Notes: generated from the sequence alone by a model not told the origin. 64,000 bases of DNA from Mobula hypostoma (GCF_963921235.1 NC_086097.1:217560001-217624000), one strand, 5' to 3'. Shown: positions 50,415-63,589, counted from the first letter of the stretch. Made by a program: numbers and translations.

Positions 50415-52592
50415 ATAGTTGTACTGTGGGGAGGCTGCATCGCTGTCTGGTATGGAGGAGCTACTGCACAGGACTGAAAGAAGCTGCAGAAGGTTGTAAA
50501 TCTAGTCAGCTGCATCTTGGGTAATAGCCTAAGACCCTGAACATCTTTAGGGAGTGGTGTCTCAGAAAGGCAGCGTCCATTATTAAGGCCCTCCAGCACC
50601 CAGGGCATGCGCTTTTCTATTACCATCAGGTAGGAGGTACAGAAGCCTGAAGACAAACACTCAGCCATTCAGGAACAGCTTCTTCCCCTCTGCCATCTGA
50701 TTTCTCTTTCAAATCTTTTTATTGTTATTATTATATTATTCAAAAATAACATGAGTACATCGAAGTAAACAACACTTACAATGTCTCAAGGAAAAAAAAA
50801 CATTATTTTAAGGACTGAAAAATTTTGGTGATAATAAAAAAAACCTACTAAGTAGAAAAAGTGGGGGGAAAACCCATTAGGTGTACAACCTGGAGCCATG
50901 TGTCATACAAAAAGCTTCTAAAGATAAACATCAAACCACCAGCAAGAAAAAAACCCAAAAATTTACAATTAGATCATGGAGGAAATCTATCAATTAACTC
51001 AAATGATAATAACGAGCAAATGAACCCCATCTTTTCTCAAAATCAAATAAAGGTTCAAAGGTTCGACATCTAATTTTCTCCAAACTAAGACATAGCATCA
51101 CTTGAGAGAACCATTGTGACAAAGTGGGAGCTGCTGTATCCTTCCACTTCAACAAAATGGCTCTCCTAGCTATCAATGTAACAAAAGCAATAACATGTTG
51201 GTCAGACACAGAGATACCATGGATATTTTGAGGAATTCCAAAAAGCACAGTTAAGTTGTTAGGTTGTAAATTAATTTTAAGTGCTTTAGAAATTGTCGAA
51301 TAAACTGACTTCCGGAACTGTTCCAGTATAGAACAAGACCAAAACATGTGTGTCAGTGTAGCTGTCTCAGTTTTACATCTATCACAATAACTATCACCAT
51401 TAGGAAATATTTTAGACAGTCTCTCCTTTGTCAAATGGTAATGATGTACAATTTTAAATTGAATCAGTGAATGACTAGCACGGATCAAAGAAGAGTTAAC
51501 CAGCTTCAGAATCCGCGTCCAATCCAACATCATAAAAGTCAAATTGAGTTCCTTTTCCCAATCTTGTTTAATTTTAAATAAAGGATGCTTATCCTATTGT
51601 AATAATAAATTATAAGTTCTTCCAATAGAACCCTTTGTCGAAAGGTTCATACTCATAATAGTATCTAACAGGTCAGCCTCCAATATATAAGGAAAATTAC
51701 TTAAATATTTTTGTAAGGAATGTCTAACTTGAAGGTATTGTAAAAAGTGTGAGTATGAAAGAGAATATTTATCAACTAATTGTTCAAAAGACATCAATCT
51801 ATCTTCTTTAAATAAATTCAAAAAAGAATTAATACCTTTATTTTTCCAAAGTAGAAACATTGGATCACTGAAAGAAGGCTTAAAAAAGTAATTTCGATAA
51901 ATTAAACTACAACGTTTAAATTTTTTAAGATTAAAAAAATTGTGGAACCGGAGCCAAATTTGTAAAGAATGCTTAATCACAGGGTATATGTTTAAATGAG
52001 TAACTTTAGCTAATTATATAGGTAAAGCAACTCCCAATAACGTGGTTAAATAAAAAGGGGGTCTCCTTTTTTTCAGCTTTCACGGGGGACAAGACAAGGT
52101 TGTCCATTAAGTCCTTAGTTATTTAATTTAATATTAGAACCCCTTGCTATTGCTCTTCGTGAAGCTAAAAATATTCATGGGATCTTTGTGAATGAGACCA
52201 TTCATAAGATTTCTCTTTACGCTGACGATTTATTGGTTTATATATCTAATCCCAAAGAATCTATTCCTGCCTTGCTAAAGTTATTCAATGAATTTGGAGA
52301 TTTTTCAGGATATAAAATAAATTTTAGTAAAAGTGAATTGTTTCCTTGAAATGAATCTGTCTCTATATATGATAATACTCCTTTCAAAGTCACAGATTCT
52401 GTTAGATATTTAGGTGTTATAATCACTAAAAAAAAATAAGGATCTTTATAAAGCCAATTCCGTTCCCTTGGTAGACTCTATGAAGTATTTATTCAGTAGA
52501 TGGAGTCCACTTACATTTTCACTTGTCGGTCGTATCGTTAACAAATTTCACGTCACATGGCAGTGATAATAAACCTGATTCTGATTCTGATG
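50415..52592 (+). mobile_element. Rex1/Babar 3' fragment (50415-50705 and 52537-52592) split by an L1
   Basis: CIAVWYGGATAQD..LQKVV; FRNSFFPSAI; tail AATAAACCTGATTCTGATTCTGA. Confidence 0.75.
50706..52536 (-). mobile_element. L1-clade LINE with inverted 5' segment
   Basis: Minus 50706-~52056: IQFKIVHHYHLT, CDRCKTETATLTHMFWSC, FEKRWGSF, 3' UTR with AATAAA. Plus ~52060-52536: RGTRQGCPLSP, HKISLYADDLL, FSGYKINFSKSE, RYLGV. Confidence 0.9.
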
Positions 52593-53339
52593 CTCCAATT
52601 CTTCAGCCATGAATGAGGCTTGCAGCTAACCTCACCTGGTTTAACCCGCTTAAAGCGGTATACCAAGGTGTGGCCGCTATTCCATGCTAACAGCTACTTG
52701 GAGCTACAGGTGAGAAGTGAGTGTCCTGTGGGGACCAAAGGTGAGTAAGCTGCCCCAGAACAGACACAGCAAGCCCCTTCACCAGAGATGCAACCCCTCC
52801 TGGGAGATCCCATACATCTAGCATACACTGGATGAATTCCTCTGTCAATAACTATCAGGAAATAATACACAGTTTTATACTACTGTAGAGGCATCGGTAG
52901 TCTTATAATTTGTTCTGCGTTTCATTTAAATACATAATTTGTTACTCAGTTAAATGGTACTTTGTCTTTTTTATGCCTTTTAATGCTGAGATACATCCTA
53001 GGATGTGCTAGAATACATCCCCAGTGATGTGACCTGGGATCATCATTTTTCTTTTGGGTCTTTCAACATCAGGCACATTTGCCCAGACGACCCAGCCAGG
53101 GCTGAGCAGGCCCTGGCTTGTATCTCAGCAGTATTGGTCCACGCTCATACCTCTTGATCCATAGCTATCTGGAGGCTCAATCAGCAGAATCAGTGACAGT
53201 CCTGATGGCTCTATTTCTGTGAAACTGGTTAATTGGGGCAGCCCTTTAATTGGGACAAAATGTACATCCCAATTAACTGAAATCCACTTTATATATACAG
53301 TAAATTAAATAAGTAGTTCAAAAAGAAAGCAACAAATAA

Positions 53340-53655
53340 TAGGTGGTGCTAATGGGTTATTTGTTGTCTGTTCAGAAATCTGATGGTGGAGGGGAAGAAG
53401 GTTTTTAAAACATTTTGTGTGTGTATCTTCAAGCTCCTATGCTTCCTTGATGGTAGCTCTTTTGAGGCATTGTCTTTTGAAAATGTCCTTGATGCTGGAG
53501 AAACTAGTGCCCATGATGGAGCTGCTGAGTTTGCAATTTTCTGCAGCTTTTTTTGATCCTGTGCGGTGGCTCCTCCACACCAGATGGTAATGCAGTTGGT
53601 TAGAATACTGTCCACAGTACCTCTGTAGAAATTTGCTGGAGTCTTTGGTGATACA
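53340..53655 (-). mobile_element. Rex1/Babar 3' fragment
   Basis: SILTNCITIWCGGATAQDQKKLQKI, TFFPSTIRFLN. Confidence 0.8.
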
Positions 53656-56600
53656 GAAGAGATGGTTTGACCCTGAGCTGGAAGGGGACTAATATCCTAG
53701 TGGGAAGGTTGCTGATGCTGCACAGTGGGGCTTAAACTAGAATTGCAGGGAGATGGGAACCACAGTGCCAAAACAGTTAGTGGAGAGGTGGGGAGACAGA
53801 TGTCGTTAAGACCTCACACAAGGTTAGGAACCAAAAGGTTGAGCATAGGGTGACGAATGTATTGAGCTGTGTATATTTCAATGTAACAATATCGTAAAAG
53901 GTAGATGAGCTCAGTGCATGGATCAACACCTGGAACTATGATATTGTAGCCATTAGTGCGACAGGCGAGGCAGCTCAATATTCCATTTTAGATGTGGCAG
54001 AGCAGGAGGGATTAAAGGAGGAGTGATGGCATGACTAGTCAGGGAAAAAATCATGGCAATACTCAGTCAGCAGAGACTGGAGAACTTGTCTCGTGAGGTG
54101 TTATGGGCGGAAATGAAAAATAAGAAAGGTTTGACCACATTGATGGGGCAATATTACAGACCACCCAACAGTCCAAAGGACTTGGAGGAGCAAATTTTCA
54201 GGGAGATTACAGAATGTTACAGGAAATATAATGTTGTGATAGTAGGTGATTTTAACTTTCCACATATTACATAGAACATAGAAATCTACAGCACATTACA
54301 GGCCCTTTGGCCCACAATGTTGTGCTGACCATGTAACCTGCTCTAGAAACTGCCTAGAATTTCCCTAGCACAGAGCCCTCTATTTTTCTAAGCTCCATGT
54401 ACCTATCTAAGAGGCTCTTAAAAGACTATTGTATCCTCTTCCACCACTGCCGCTGACAGTGCATCCCACGCACCCACCACTCTCTGTGTGAAAAACTTAC
54501 CCCTGACATCTCCTCTGTACCTACTTCCAAGCACCCTAAAACTGTGCCCACTTGTGTTAGCCATTTCGGTCCTGGGAAGAAGCCTCTGACTATCACACGA
54601 TCAATGTCTCTCATCATCTTATACACCTCTATCAGGTCACCTCTCATCCTCTATTGCTCCAAGGAAAAAAGGCTAAGTTCACTCAACCTATTCTCATAAG
54701 GTACGCCCTCCAATCCAGGCAACATCCTTGTAAATCACCTCTGCACTCTCTCTATAATATCCACATCCTTCCTTTAGTGAGGAGACCATAACTGAACACA
54801 GTACTCCAAGTGGTGTCTGACCAAGGTCTTATATAGCTGTAAACATGAGGAAATCTGCAGATGCTGGAGTTTCAAGCAACGCACATAAAAGTTGCTGGTG
54901 AACGCAGCAGGCCAGGCAGCATCTCTAGGAAGAGGTACAGTTGACGTTTCGGGCCGAGACCCTTCGTCAGGACTCACAAAGGGTCCTGGCCCGAAATATC
55001 CACTGTACCGCTTCCTACAGATGCTGCCTGGCCTGCTGCGTTCACCAGCAACTTTTATGTGTGTTTCTTATATAGCTGTAACCATTACCTTATGGACTGG
55101 GACTCCTGTACTGTAAAAGGACTACATGGGATAAGAATTTGTCAAATATGTTCAGGAGAGTTTCCTTAATCAGTACATAGAAGTCCTGATGAGAGAGTGT
55201 GTGATAGTTGATCTGCTATTAGGGAATGAGACAGGGCAAGTGACAGAAGTTTGTGTAAGGGAACACTTTGCCTCTAGTGATCACAATGCCACTAGTTTCA
55301 AAGTAAATATGCAAAAAGATAGGTCTTGTCCACAGCATGAGATTCTAAGTTGGAGAAAGGCCAATCAGAAATTATCTGGCAGTGTGGATTGGAACAGGCT
55401 ATTTTCTGGCAAAAGTATACTAAGAGTGAGGCCTTCAAAAGTGCAATTTTATGAGTACAAAGCTTGTATGTGCCTGTCAGAATGAAAGGTAAGGATAGCA
55501 GGTGTAAGTAACCTTGGTTTACAATAGATATTAAGGCCCTGGTTAGGAAGAAAAAAGAGGTGCATAGCAGGTATAGGCAGGTAGGAACAAGTAGGGCGCT
55601 TATGGAGTATAAGTAATGCAAGCGAACACTTAAGAAATAAATCAGGAGGGCTAAAAGAAGGTATGAGGTTGCTGTACAGACACGGTGAAGGATAATTCCA
55701 AGGGCTTCTACAGATATATTAAGAGCAAATAAATTGCAAGGGTCAAAATTGGTCCTCTGGAAGATCAGAAAGGTAACCCACGTGTAGAGCCAAAGGAGAT
55801 TGGGGGAGATATTAAATAAATATTTTGTATCTGTATTTACTCAGGAAATGGACTCATATAGAAGTGAGGCACAGCAGCATCAACTTCATGGACCCTATAC
55901 AAAATACAGAGGAGGTGGCGTTTGCTGTCCTGAGGCAAATTAGGGTGAATAAATCCCCAGGGCTGACAAGATGTTCCATTGGACCCTGCAGGAAGCAAGT
56001 GCAGGAATTGCCAGGGCTCTAGCAGAAGTATTTAAATCATCCTTAGCATCATTTGAGATATTAGAGGATTGGAAAACAGCCAATGTTGTTCAGCTGTTCA
56101 AGAAAGGCTTTAAATAAACCAGGAAATTATAGGCCGGTGAGCCTGATATCAGTTGTGGGAAAGTTACTGGAAGGTATTCTAAGGGACCAGATATTTGGAT
56201 AGACATAAGGATAGTCAGCATGGTAAGTCATGTCTAACCAATCGTATGGTTTTTCAAGAAAGTTACCAGGAAAGTTGATGAAGGTGAGGCAATGGATGTT
56301 GTCTACGTGGACTTTAGTAAGACATTTGACCCAGTACTGCATGGGAGGTTGGTCAAGAAATTTCAGTCACTTAGCATTCAAGATGAAGTAGTAAATTGGA
56401 TTTGACATTGGCTTTGAGAGAGAAGCCAGAGAGTAGTAGTAGATAGTTGGTTTTCTGATTGGAAGCCTTTGACAAGTGGTGTGCTGCAGGGTTCGGTGCT
56501 GGGTTCATTATTTGTCATCTATTTCAATGATCTGGATGATAATGTGGTTAACTGGATCAACAATTTTGCAAAGGACACCACGATTGGGGGTGTAGTGGAC

Positions 56601-57480
56601 AGCTGGGAAGGCTGTCATGGTTTGCAGTAGAATCTGGACCAGCTGGAAAAATAGGCTGAAAAATGGCATTTGGAATTTAATGCAGAGAAGTGTGAGGTCT
56701 TGCATGTTGGTAGGACCATCCAGGGTAGGTTTTACATGGTGAACGGTAGGACATTGAGGAGTGTGGAAGAACAAAGGGATCTGGGAATACAGGTCCGTAA
56801 ATTTGTCGAAAGTGGCATTACAGGTACTTAAGATTGTAAAGAAAGCTTTTGGCACATTGGCCTTCATAAATCTAAGTACGGAGTACAGGAGATGGGATGT
56901 TACGTTGAAGTTGTATAAGATATTGTTGAGGCCTAATTTGGAGTATTGTGTGCAGTTTTGGTCACCAACCTACGGGAAAGATGGAAATAAATTTCAGAGA
57001 GTGCGGAGAAATTTTACAAACAATTTGTTGGGTCTGGAAGATCTGAGTTATCAGGAAAAATTGAGAAGGTTAGGACTATATTCTGTGGAATACAGAAGAT
57101 TGAAAGGAGATTTGATAGAGATATAAAATTATGAGTGGTATAGATAGGGCAAATGCGAAGAGGCTTTTTCCACTGAGATTGGGTGGGACTACAACCAGAG
57201 GAACTTGGGTAAGGGTGAAGGTGAAAAGTTTAAGGGGAACATGAGGAGAAACTTCTTCACTCAGAGAGTCATAAGAGTGTAGAATGAGCTGTCAGCACAA
57301 GTGGTGCTTGCAAGCTCAATTTTAACATTTAAGAGGTTGTATATGCACATGGATGGTAGGCGTATGGAAGGCTATGGTCCCACTGCAGGTCGATGGAAGT
57401 AGGCAGTTTAAATGGTTTGGCATGGACTAAATGGAACAAATTGCCTGTTTCTGTGCTGTCACTTTTCTGTGATTCTATGA
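53656..57480 (+). mobile_element. Long decayed CR1 with an antisense CR1 3' end (~54270-55090) nested inside
   Basis: End of ORF1, APE (YYRPPNS, IVGDFNFP, SSDHNA), RT and RPNLEYCVQFWSP; tail TTCTGTGATTCTATGA. Confidence 0.88.
54843..55065. repeat. Head-to-head PLE-pLTR dimer inserted as one unit
   Basis: Minus copy ~54843-54974 and plus copy ~54979-55065; 16-bp TSD TCTTATATAGCTGTAA (54827-54842, 55066-55081). Confidence 0.88.
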
Positions 57481-58035
57481 CATGCCCAACACCCTCAAAC
57501 TTCTAATGAAATATAGCTGCTGTCATGCCTTTGTAATTGTCAATATATGTTGGGTCCAGGATAGATCTTCAGAGATATTGTCACCCAGGAACTTAAAACT
57601 GCTCAGCCTTTCCACCGTTGATCCTTTGATGAGTACTGGTGTGTTTTCCATTCAATTCCTCTTCCTGAAGTCAACAATCAATTCCTTGGTGTTACTGATG
57701 TTGAGTGCAAGATTGTTGTTGCAATATCACTCAACCAGCTGATCTATCTCACACCTGTGATCCTCCACATCACCATCTGAGATTCTGCCAACAACAGTTA
57801 AGTCACCAGCAAATTTATAGATAGCGTTTGAGCTGTGTCTTGCAGCACTGTCATGGGTGTAGAGAGAGCACAGCAGTGGGCTAAGCACGCATCCTTGAGA
57901 TACACTGCTGCTGATTGTCAATGAGATGTTATTTCTAACCCAAAATGACTGTGGTCTCCTGATGAGGAAGTCAAGGATCCAGTTACCGGCAGAGGTACAG
58001 AGGCCCAGGGTTGGAAGCGTGTTGATTAGTACTGG
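57481..58035 (-). mobile_element. Rex1/Babar RT fragment
   Basis: NWILDFL, QGCVLSPLLCSLYTHD, YKFAGDLTVVGRISDGD. Confidence 0.85.
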
Positions 58036-59872
58036 TGACACTCAATAACATAAAATCTCAATAAAAATAAACCCACCAATTTTTTAATGTGTAATTAGAC
58101 AATTTTATACTTAATTAGATACTTTTTATCTTCTTGCCATCAAGTGAAAAGAAATGTTTACCTGCACATCAATAATAGTATAGGCCTCAAGAATCCAAAG
58201 TCATCATGAAATACTCAGGATAGAATATTGATGTTCGGATGACTTAAACATCCAAGATAAATGTTCTGCAAGAGGGCAAATTCTCCAAGTCAGCAATAGG
58301 TTCTTGTTCCTTGTCTGTTCAAAAGGTCCAAAGGTAATTTATTATCAAAGAATACAACCCTGAAATTATTCTTCTCCAGATAGCCATGAAACCAAGAAAG
58401 AAAAGAACGGCAGCACAATGATCAACCCCTAAATCCCTCCTCCCTGCACAAAAATGAATAAAAATGGAACAGGCACAATGACCTCATCATTACTTCTTAC
58501 TTGAGAGCAAGGTTTCTGAAGCACCAGTGGAAGTGGGTTGCGTTACTTTGGAACACCAATTGCTTGTGTTCGTACATAGATAGAACATACGCTGGAAGTT
58601 GCCCCTACATAATAGCTCTTTAAACCTGGCTCATAAAGTTAATGGTATACTGTATGTAAAAAATGTTTGAATATATATAGGGGAGTGGGGTGGGATTGTC
58701 TTACAAGTACAAAACTAATTCTGGAAAGTTTGAATGTGTCAGTCACATAATGTGTTATCTGTGTACACCTGGTTTCAGTATAAATGAATCAAGATTCTTT
58801 CTGCTGTTGAAAAGTTTGTGGGCTCACTTTTTCAAATGGCAGTACATAAATAGTTCTAATTTTAAGAGACAGTAAAGAGTTTGATACATTGGCTATGCTT
58901 GTTAATCTTTGAAACAAAATTGCTGAGGACTCAGCTTTCAGTCTCAGTGACAATTCAAGTGACTGAAAGTGTTAATGCAAGATACTTCTCAATACTCAGA
59001 AATATTAAATACCCTTGGTCTGGTAGAACATGAAATTTTTCCTTTGATTACTTTGAGTGGTTCGTATTTGCAGACATTGGTGAAATGCAGTTAGTGGTCC
59101 AAAATACAGTCTTTTACGCAATACTTGTGGAAGCTTCTACAAAACAACAACTGAAAATGTTGCTTTTGTTAATTTTATGCCCAGAAATAGTCACTTTCTA
59201 TAGTAATTATAGAATTTAAAGAACTGTTTCTCATTCTTGATGATAGTGATTTACTAAAAGTGAATGTTTGTGGATAAAAATATGATTTTTCAGGATCAAC
59301 AACCTAAGGTTTGCTGATGGTGAATCATTTTGTGGCCAGTCTAGAACATTAACTTCATGGGTGCATGTCATAATTCAGTTTTGTTACCATGAATCCTCTT
59401 TTGGTTGTGTTAACATAGTGTGAAAAGCCCATTGTTAAAGGAGAGTGAGCTCACAATCAGAAAGCTCTCAGGGTATTGTGGCAATGATTCTTGTACAAAA
59501 TTATATTGTTTTCACTACATATTAATGAATAATCAGCATTTGGGAGGAATTTGATATGGACCTGATACAGTGACATAGTAAACAGTAGTTTGTACCCTGA
59601 AGACGTTTCCACTTACAGTGGAGGAAATGTGATGTTATTTGTGTGATTTAGAGGGGATTATTTTTATTCCCAAAATTTAATAAACATGCTTGCCGTCGTT
59701 GATTACTTTGTCTGGCAACTTGGATAGCAGTTGCGTAAGAAATTCATCCAATTTAGATAGACAAAAAGTGCTAAAATTTGTCTTATGAAATGTGTCCTTT
59801 GACTTCACCATGTTTGATATAAACCATGTGTAATATGTAAAATAATATTGAAATGTATATTTTTTGTTAAAG

Positions 59873-60001
59873 ATGAACTCCCCAATAGAATGAAGATGGG
59901 TGATAGATACTATGTAACAGGAATTCCAACTCATGTATACAGTGGCTCACAGCTGGCTTTATGCATGGAGGCAAACAACATACAGCCCTGGTTACCAAAT
60001 G
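59873..60001 (+). CDS. MCMDC2: MCMDC2 coding exon 7
   Basis: ttaaag|(D)ELPNRMKMGDRYYVTGIPTHVYSGSQLALCMEANNIQPWLPN+G|gtaaaa; 129 nt; OB-fold G..Y...GIP and EAN motifs. Confidence 0.93.
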
Positions 60002-60207
60002 GTAAAATTTCTGTTAATTCGTAATATGTAAGGAAAATATCTTAATCATTAATTACATTAGAATAAGGCAATGTGAAATATATTCTATTAACAAAATAAT
60101 ATTTTAAAGTTTAGTTGACATGGTGTGACTGAATCCCGAATGCATTCCTTTCAATGGAATGCAGTCCAAGTAAACTAATTTCAGTTGTGGTTAAGAGCAT
60201 ACTGCAG

Positions 60208-60340
60208 ACCAGGACGAAGGGTCTCGGCCTGAAACGTCGACTGTACCTCTTCCTAGAGATGCTGCCTGGCCTGCTGCGTTCACCAGCAACTTGGATGTGT
60301 GTTGCTTGAATTTCCAGCATCTGCAGAATTCCTGTTGTTA
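60208..60340 (+). repeat. PLE pLTR-derived SINE
   Basis: GACGAAGGGTCTCGGCCTGAAACGTCGACTGTACCTCTTCC...; nearly identical to 1546-1676. Confidence 0.85.
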
Positions 60341-60689
60341 AAGATGCTGCAGTCTCCTCAGAGTGCCTTAACACCTACTTGCAATATAAATGCCAAAGAG
60401 AATAGTTTCTCATTCATGTATCATTGCAAACATGAATCGTTTCATACATTTATGTTCAAAACAAATGTGTAAGCCTCTGACTGTTACTCAGAGTCTTTTT
60501 ACCAACTTTCCTGACCACCTTGCTATGAAGTGGTTCCTCACCCTGCTTTCCTGAAGTGGCTGTTACTCATTTGAGAATATTAACGGGAACTATAAGGTGA
60601 GAAGTGGAACAAGGAAGATGATACAGAAAATTCCAATTTGCCTTTTCCTCTCTCACAACATCCATGTGTCCTAAGTCCCACAATGAAAA

Positions 60690-61785
60690 GCTTGATATTG
60701 AAAATGCGATAACAATTTCAGTTCTAATCAGCAAGCTCCTCTGTTCCACCCTAGGCAAATGGATCCTTGACTTCCTCACCGGGAGACAAGAGTCTTTGTG
60801 GCTTGGAAATAACATCTCCTCCTCACTGACAATCAGCACTGGTATACCTCAAGGTTGTGTGCTTAGCCCACTGCTCTACTCTCTCTACACACACGACAGT
60901 GTGGCTAGGCACAGCTTAAATGTCATCTATTCAAATATTGCCGGTGACACAACTATTATTGGCAGAATTTCAGATGGTGACGAGGAGGTGTACTGGAGTG
61001 AGATAGATCAGCTGGTTGGGTGGTGTCACAGTAACAACCTTGCACAAAACGTCAGTAATACCAAGGAATTGATTGTGGACTTTGGGAAGGGGAAGCTGAG
61101 GGAACACACACTGGTCTTCATCGAGATATCAGAAGTGGAAAGAGTGAGCAGTTTCCAAGTTCCTAGGTGTCAACGTCTCTGAGGATCTGTCCTGGGCCCA
61201 TCATATTGATGCAATTACAAGGAAGGCATGACAGCAGCTATATTTAATTAGGAGTTTGAAGAGACTTTGTATGTCACCAAAGACACTTGCAAATTTCTAA
61301 AGGTGTACCTCGGAGAGCATTCTAACTGATTGCATGACTATCTAGTGTGGAGGGGCCACTGCACAGGATCAGAAAAAGCTGCAGGAAGTTGTAAACCCAG
61401 CAAGCTCCATCATGGGTGACAGTCCCCCCAGCATCCAGAAAGCCTCCAAAAGGTGGCATCCATCATTGAGAACCCCCATCACTCAGGACATGCCCTCTTC
61501 TCATTGCTACCAGCAAGGAGGAAGTATAGCAGCATGAAGACACAAACTCACCATTTTAGGAACAGCTTCTTCCCCTCTGCCATCAGATTTCTGATGACAA
61601 TGAACCCTTGAACACTTCCTCAATTTTTCCCTCTTTTTGCACTACTAGTTTAATTTATTTTTATATATACTTACTGTAACTTATAGAATTTAATGACTGT
61701 GTATTGCAATGTACTGCTGATGCAAAATCACAAATTTCACAATGTATGCCGGTGATATTCAGCTGGAATACTATTCTGATTTTTT
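60690..61785 (+). mobile_element. Rex1/Babar, 5'-truncated
   Basis: STGIPQGCVLSPLLYSLYTHDS, DTTIIGRISDGDE, FRNSFFPSAIRF. Confidence 0.88.
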
Positions 61786-61799
61786 AAACTTGCATTGAA

Positions 61800-62980
61800 G
61801 CCTGAAAATCAAAATCTACAGATTCAGGAAATCTGATATGAGACCAGGAAATGCTGGAAATACTCAGCAGATCAGACAGCACTGGTGGAAAGAAAATCAA
61901 AGTTAAATGTTTCATATTGAAGGCTGTTTATCAGAACTGGGAAAGTGAGAAAACGAATTGGTTTTAAGTTGAAGATGGAGTGCGGAAGAAATCAAAATCA
62001 GCTTTATTATCACTGACATTTATAGTGAAACTTGTTGTTTTGTGACAGCAGTACAGTGCAAGGCATAAAAATTATGTTACAAAACTAAATAATTACTGCA
62101 AAAGGGGTTCTCAGGTGATTTTCAGTATTGATTTCCAAAGGTTGTGAAGTTCCCAGAAGAAAGATTAAGTACTATTTCTCAAGTTTGCATTAGTCTCAGT
62201 GGATCACTTGCAAATAGCTGCCAATGGATATCAGAGTGGGATGTAAAATAGAAGTATCAGAAAACAGGATGATCAGGATGACCTCTATGGACTGAATGGA
62301 GGTACTCACGAAACTATCATCCAGTTTGAATTTGTTCCCCCCTCCCCCAATGTAGAGGAGAACATGTTTTAATTATCTAGTGAAATACATTAGACACGAG
62401 GAAGAGTGAATGAATCTCAAGTGAAACATTCTTTGGACCCCTAGATTATGGGAAGAGTTTAGGTAAAAGAGCACATGTTGCATCTCCTGCATTTGCACAG
62501 GAAAGCAAATCTGAAGGGAAATAGTTGGTGGTGATGGACCATCAGACCAGAATTACAATTGCAGAAGGAGAAGACGTTCCTGGTGGTGGAATTTGGTTGA
62601 AGAAGATAGAAATTATGAAGGAGAATCCATCGAGTGCTGAGGTTGGTGAGGTAGAATGTGATATCAGTGGAATTTAATGTTTGCTTTAAATTGAAGGAAA
62701 GGGCTAATGTCAGAAGAGTGGGAAATAGAGTGACCGTGTCAAGGGCTCTGTTGACTATGGTGAAGAGAAATCAATGATTAAACGGAAAAGAAGACATTTT
62801 TGAGATACATTTGTGGAATGGAGAAATTGGAAGAATTCAGTGGAGCTAGTGTTGAAGAAGTATAATTCAGATAGCTGTTGGAGTCGGTAGACTTGTAATC
62901 GATATTAACTGAAATGAAGACAGAAATGTCCAAAAAGGGAAAAGAGTTGGAGATAGACCATGTAAAAATAAGAGCCAAGG
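61800..62980 (-). mobile_element. Old PLE remnant
   Basis: pLTR-like GGAAATGCTGGAAATACTCAGCAG; ALIFTWSISNSFPFLDISV..YKSTDSNSYLNYTSS. Confidence 0.7.
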
Positions 62981-63589
62981 AAATGGAAACATTAACTGTT
63001 TCTGCAATGATCTGTGTACTTTCAGTATTTACTATTTTGTAGCACTTTCATTGTTACGTACCAAGCTGCACTTCTACTACAGCACATCTGTGATCAGATA
63101 ATGTGGCACAGATCAGAGTTTAAACTTAGTTTCTTCTGTGGCTTGATGATTCACTAGATCCTTCTACCCCACCCCCACCCTATCACTGGGAACATTGGTG
63201 TTGGGTTTGTTAAAGATCTAAAAGAACTGAATAGTTTGTTTCTAATTTTGATACCGTTGCATTGAGGTGGAGCCTAGCAGTAACCATAGGACACATGCTG
63301 TTTGCTATGATTATACTTGCTAAAAATAACATGAAATATCCCATGTTGTCTCCTTGCCAGTCCACAGACATACACTGTTCGTTTCTGCTTTACAGCATAA
63401 TTTCAACATTAATTTGTTACCTGAGAGAATGCTGTATCCCTGGCAGAAATGCTGTAATGCAGTGTTAGGAAAACTTGGCATGCTTCATACTGATTTAAAT
63501 CGCTTTAAGTGGGCTTGACACCAGTATAAAAATGTTTGTTTTACATGCCAATGTAACAAAACTAATTTTTTTTTATTGTTCCTATAAAG

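Larger units (their letters stand above)
45620..50415 (-). mobile_element. Long CR1 (minus) in two pieces, 45620-46212 and 47931-50415
   Basis: (ATAAGACC) tail at 45620; colinear RT, GKLDDWEAFK, APE (KDRQKGIGGGVALLV) and end of ORF1. Confidence 0.88.
45297..52815 (-). mobile_element. Probable RTE-derived non-autonomous element in two pieces (~45297-45618, ~52593-52815)
   Basis: Reverse complement begins GGAGGGGTTGCATCTCTGGTGAAGGGGCTTG and ends CCCGCACAAGTTTTACTGTCATCGTCAGATAC, resembling RTE 5' and 3' UTRs. Confidence 0.5.
44830..53292 (+). mobile_element. Tigger/pogo-like DNA transposon remnant (~44830-45230 and ~52816-53292) bracketing nested insertions
   Basis: NCFAHCGF and TLDEFL* resemble Tigger transposase C-termini; related TAATT(T)GGGGCA motifs at both ends; right end ...CCCAATTAACTGAAATCCACTTTATA is TIR-like. 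Confidence 0.5.

Noticed and set aside
58040..59870. Long largely repeat-poor intronic stretch, scanned for snoRNA, tRNA or hidden exons
   Set aside because: No convincing C/D or H/ACA boxes with stems, cloverleaf or in-phase exon found by eye; the MCMDC2 frame is complete without it.
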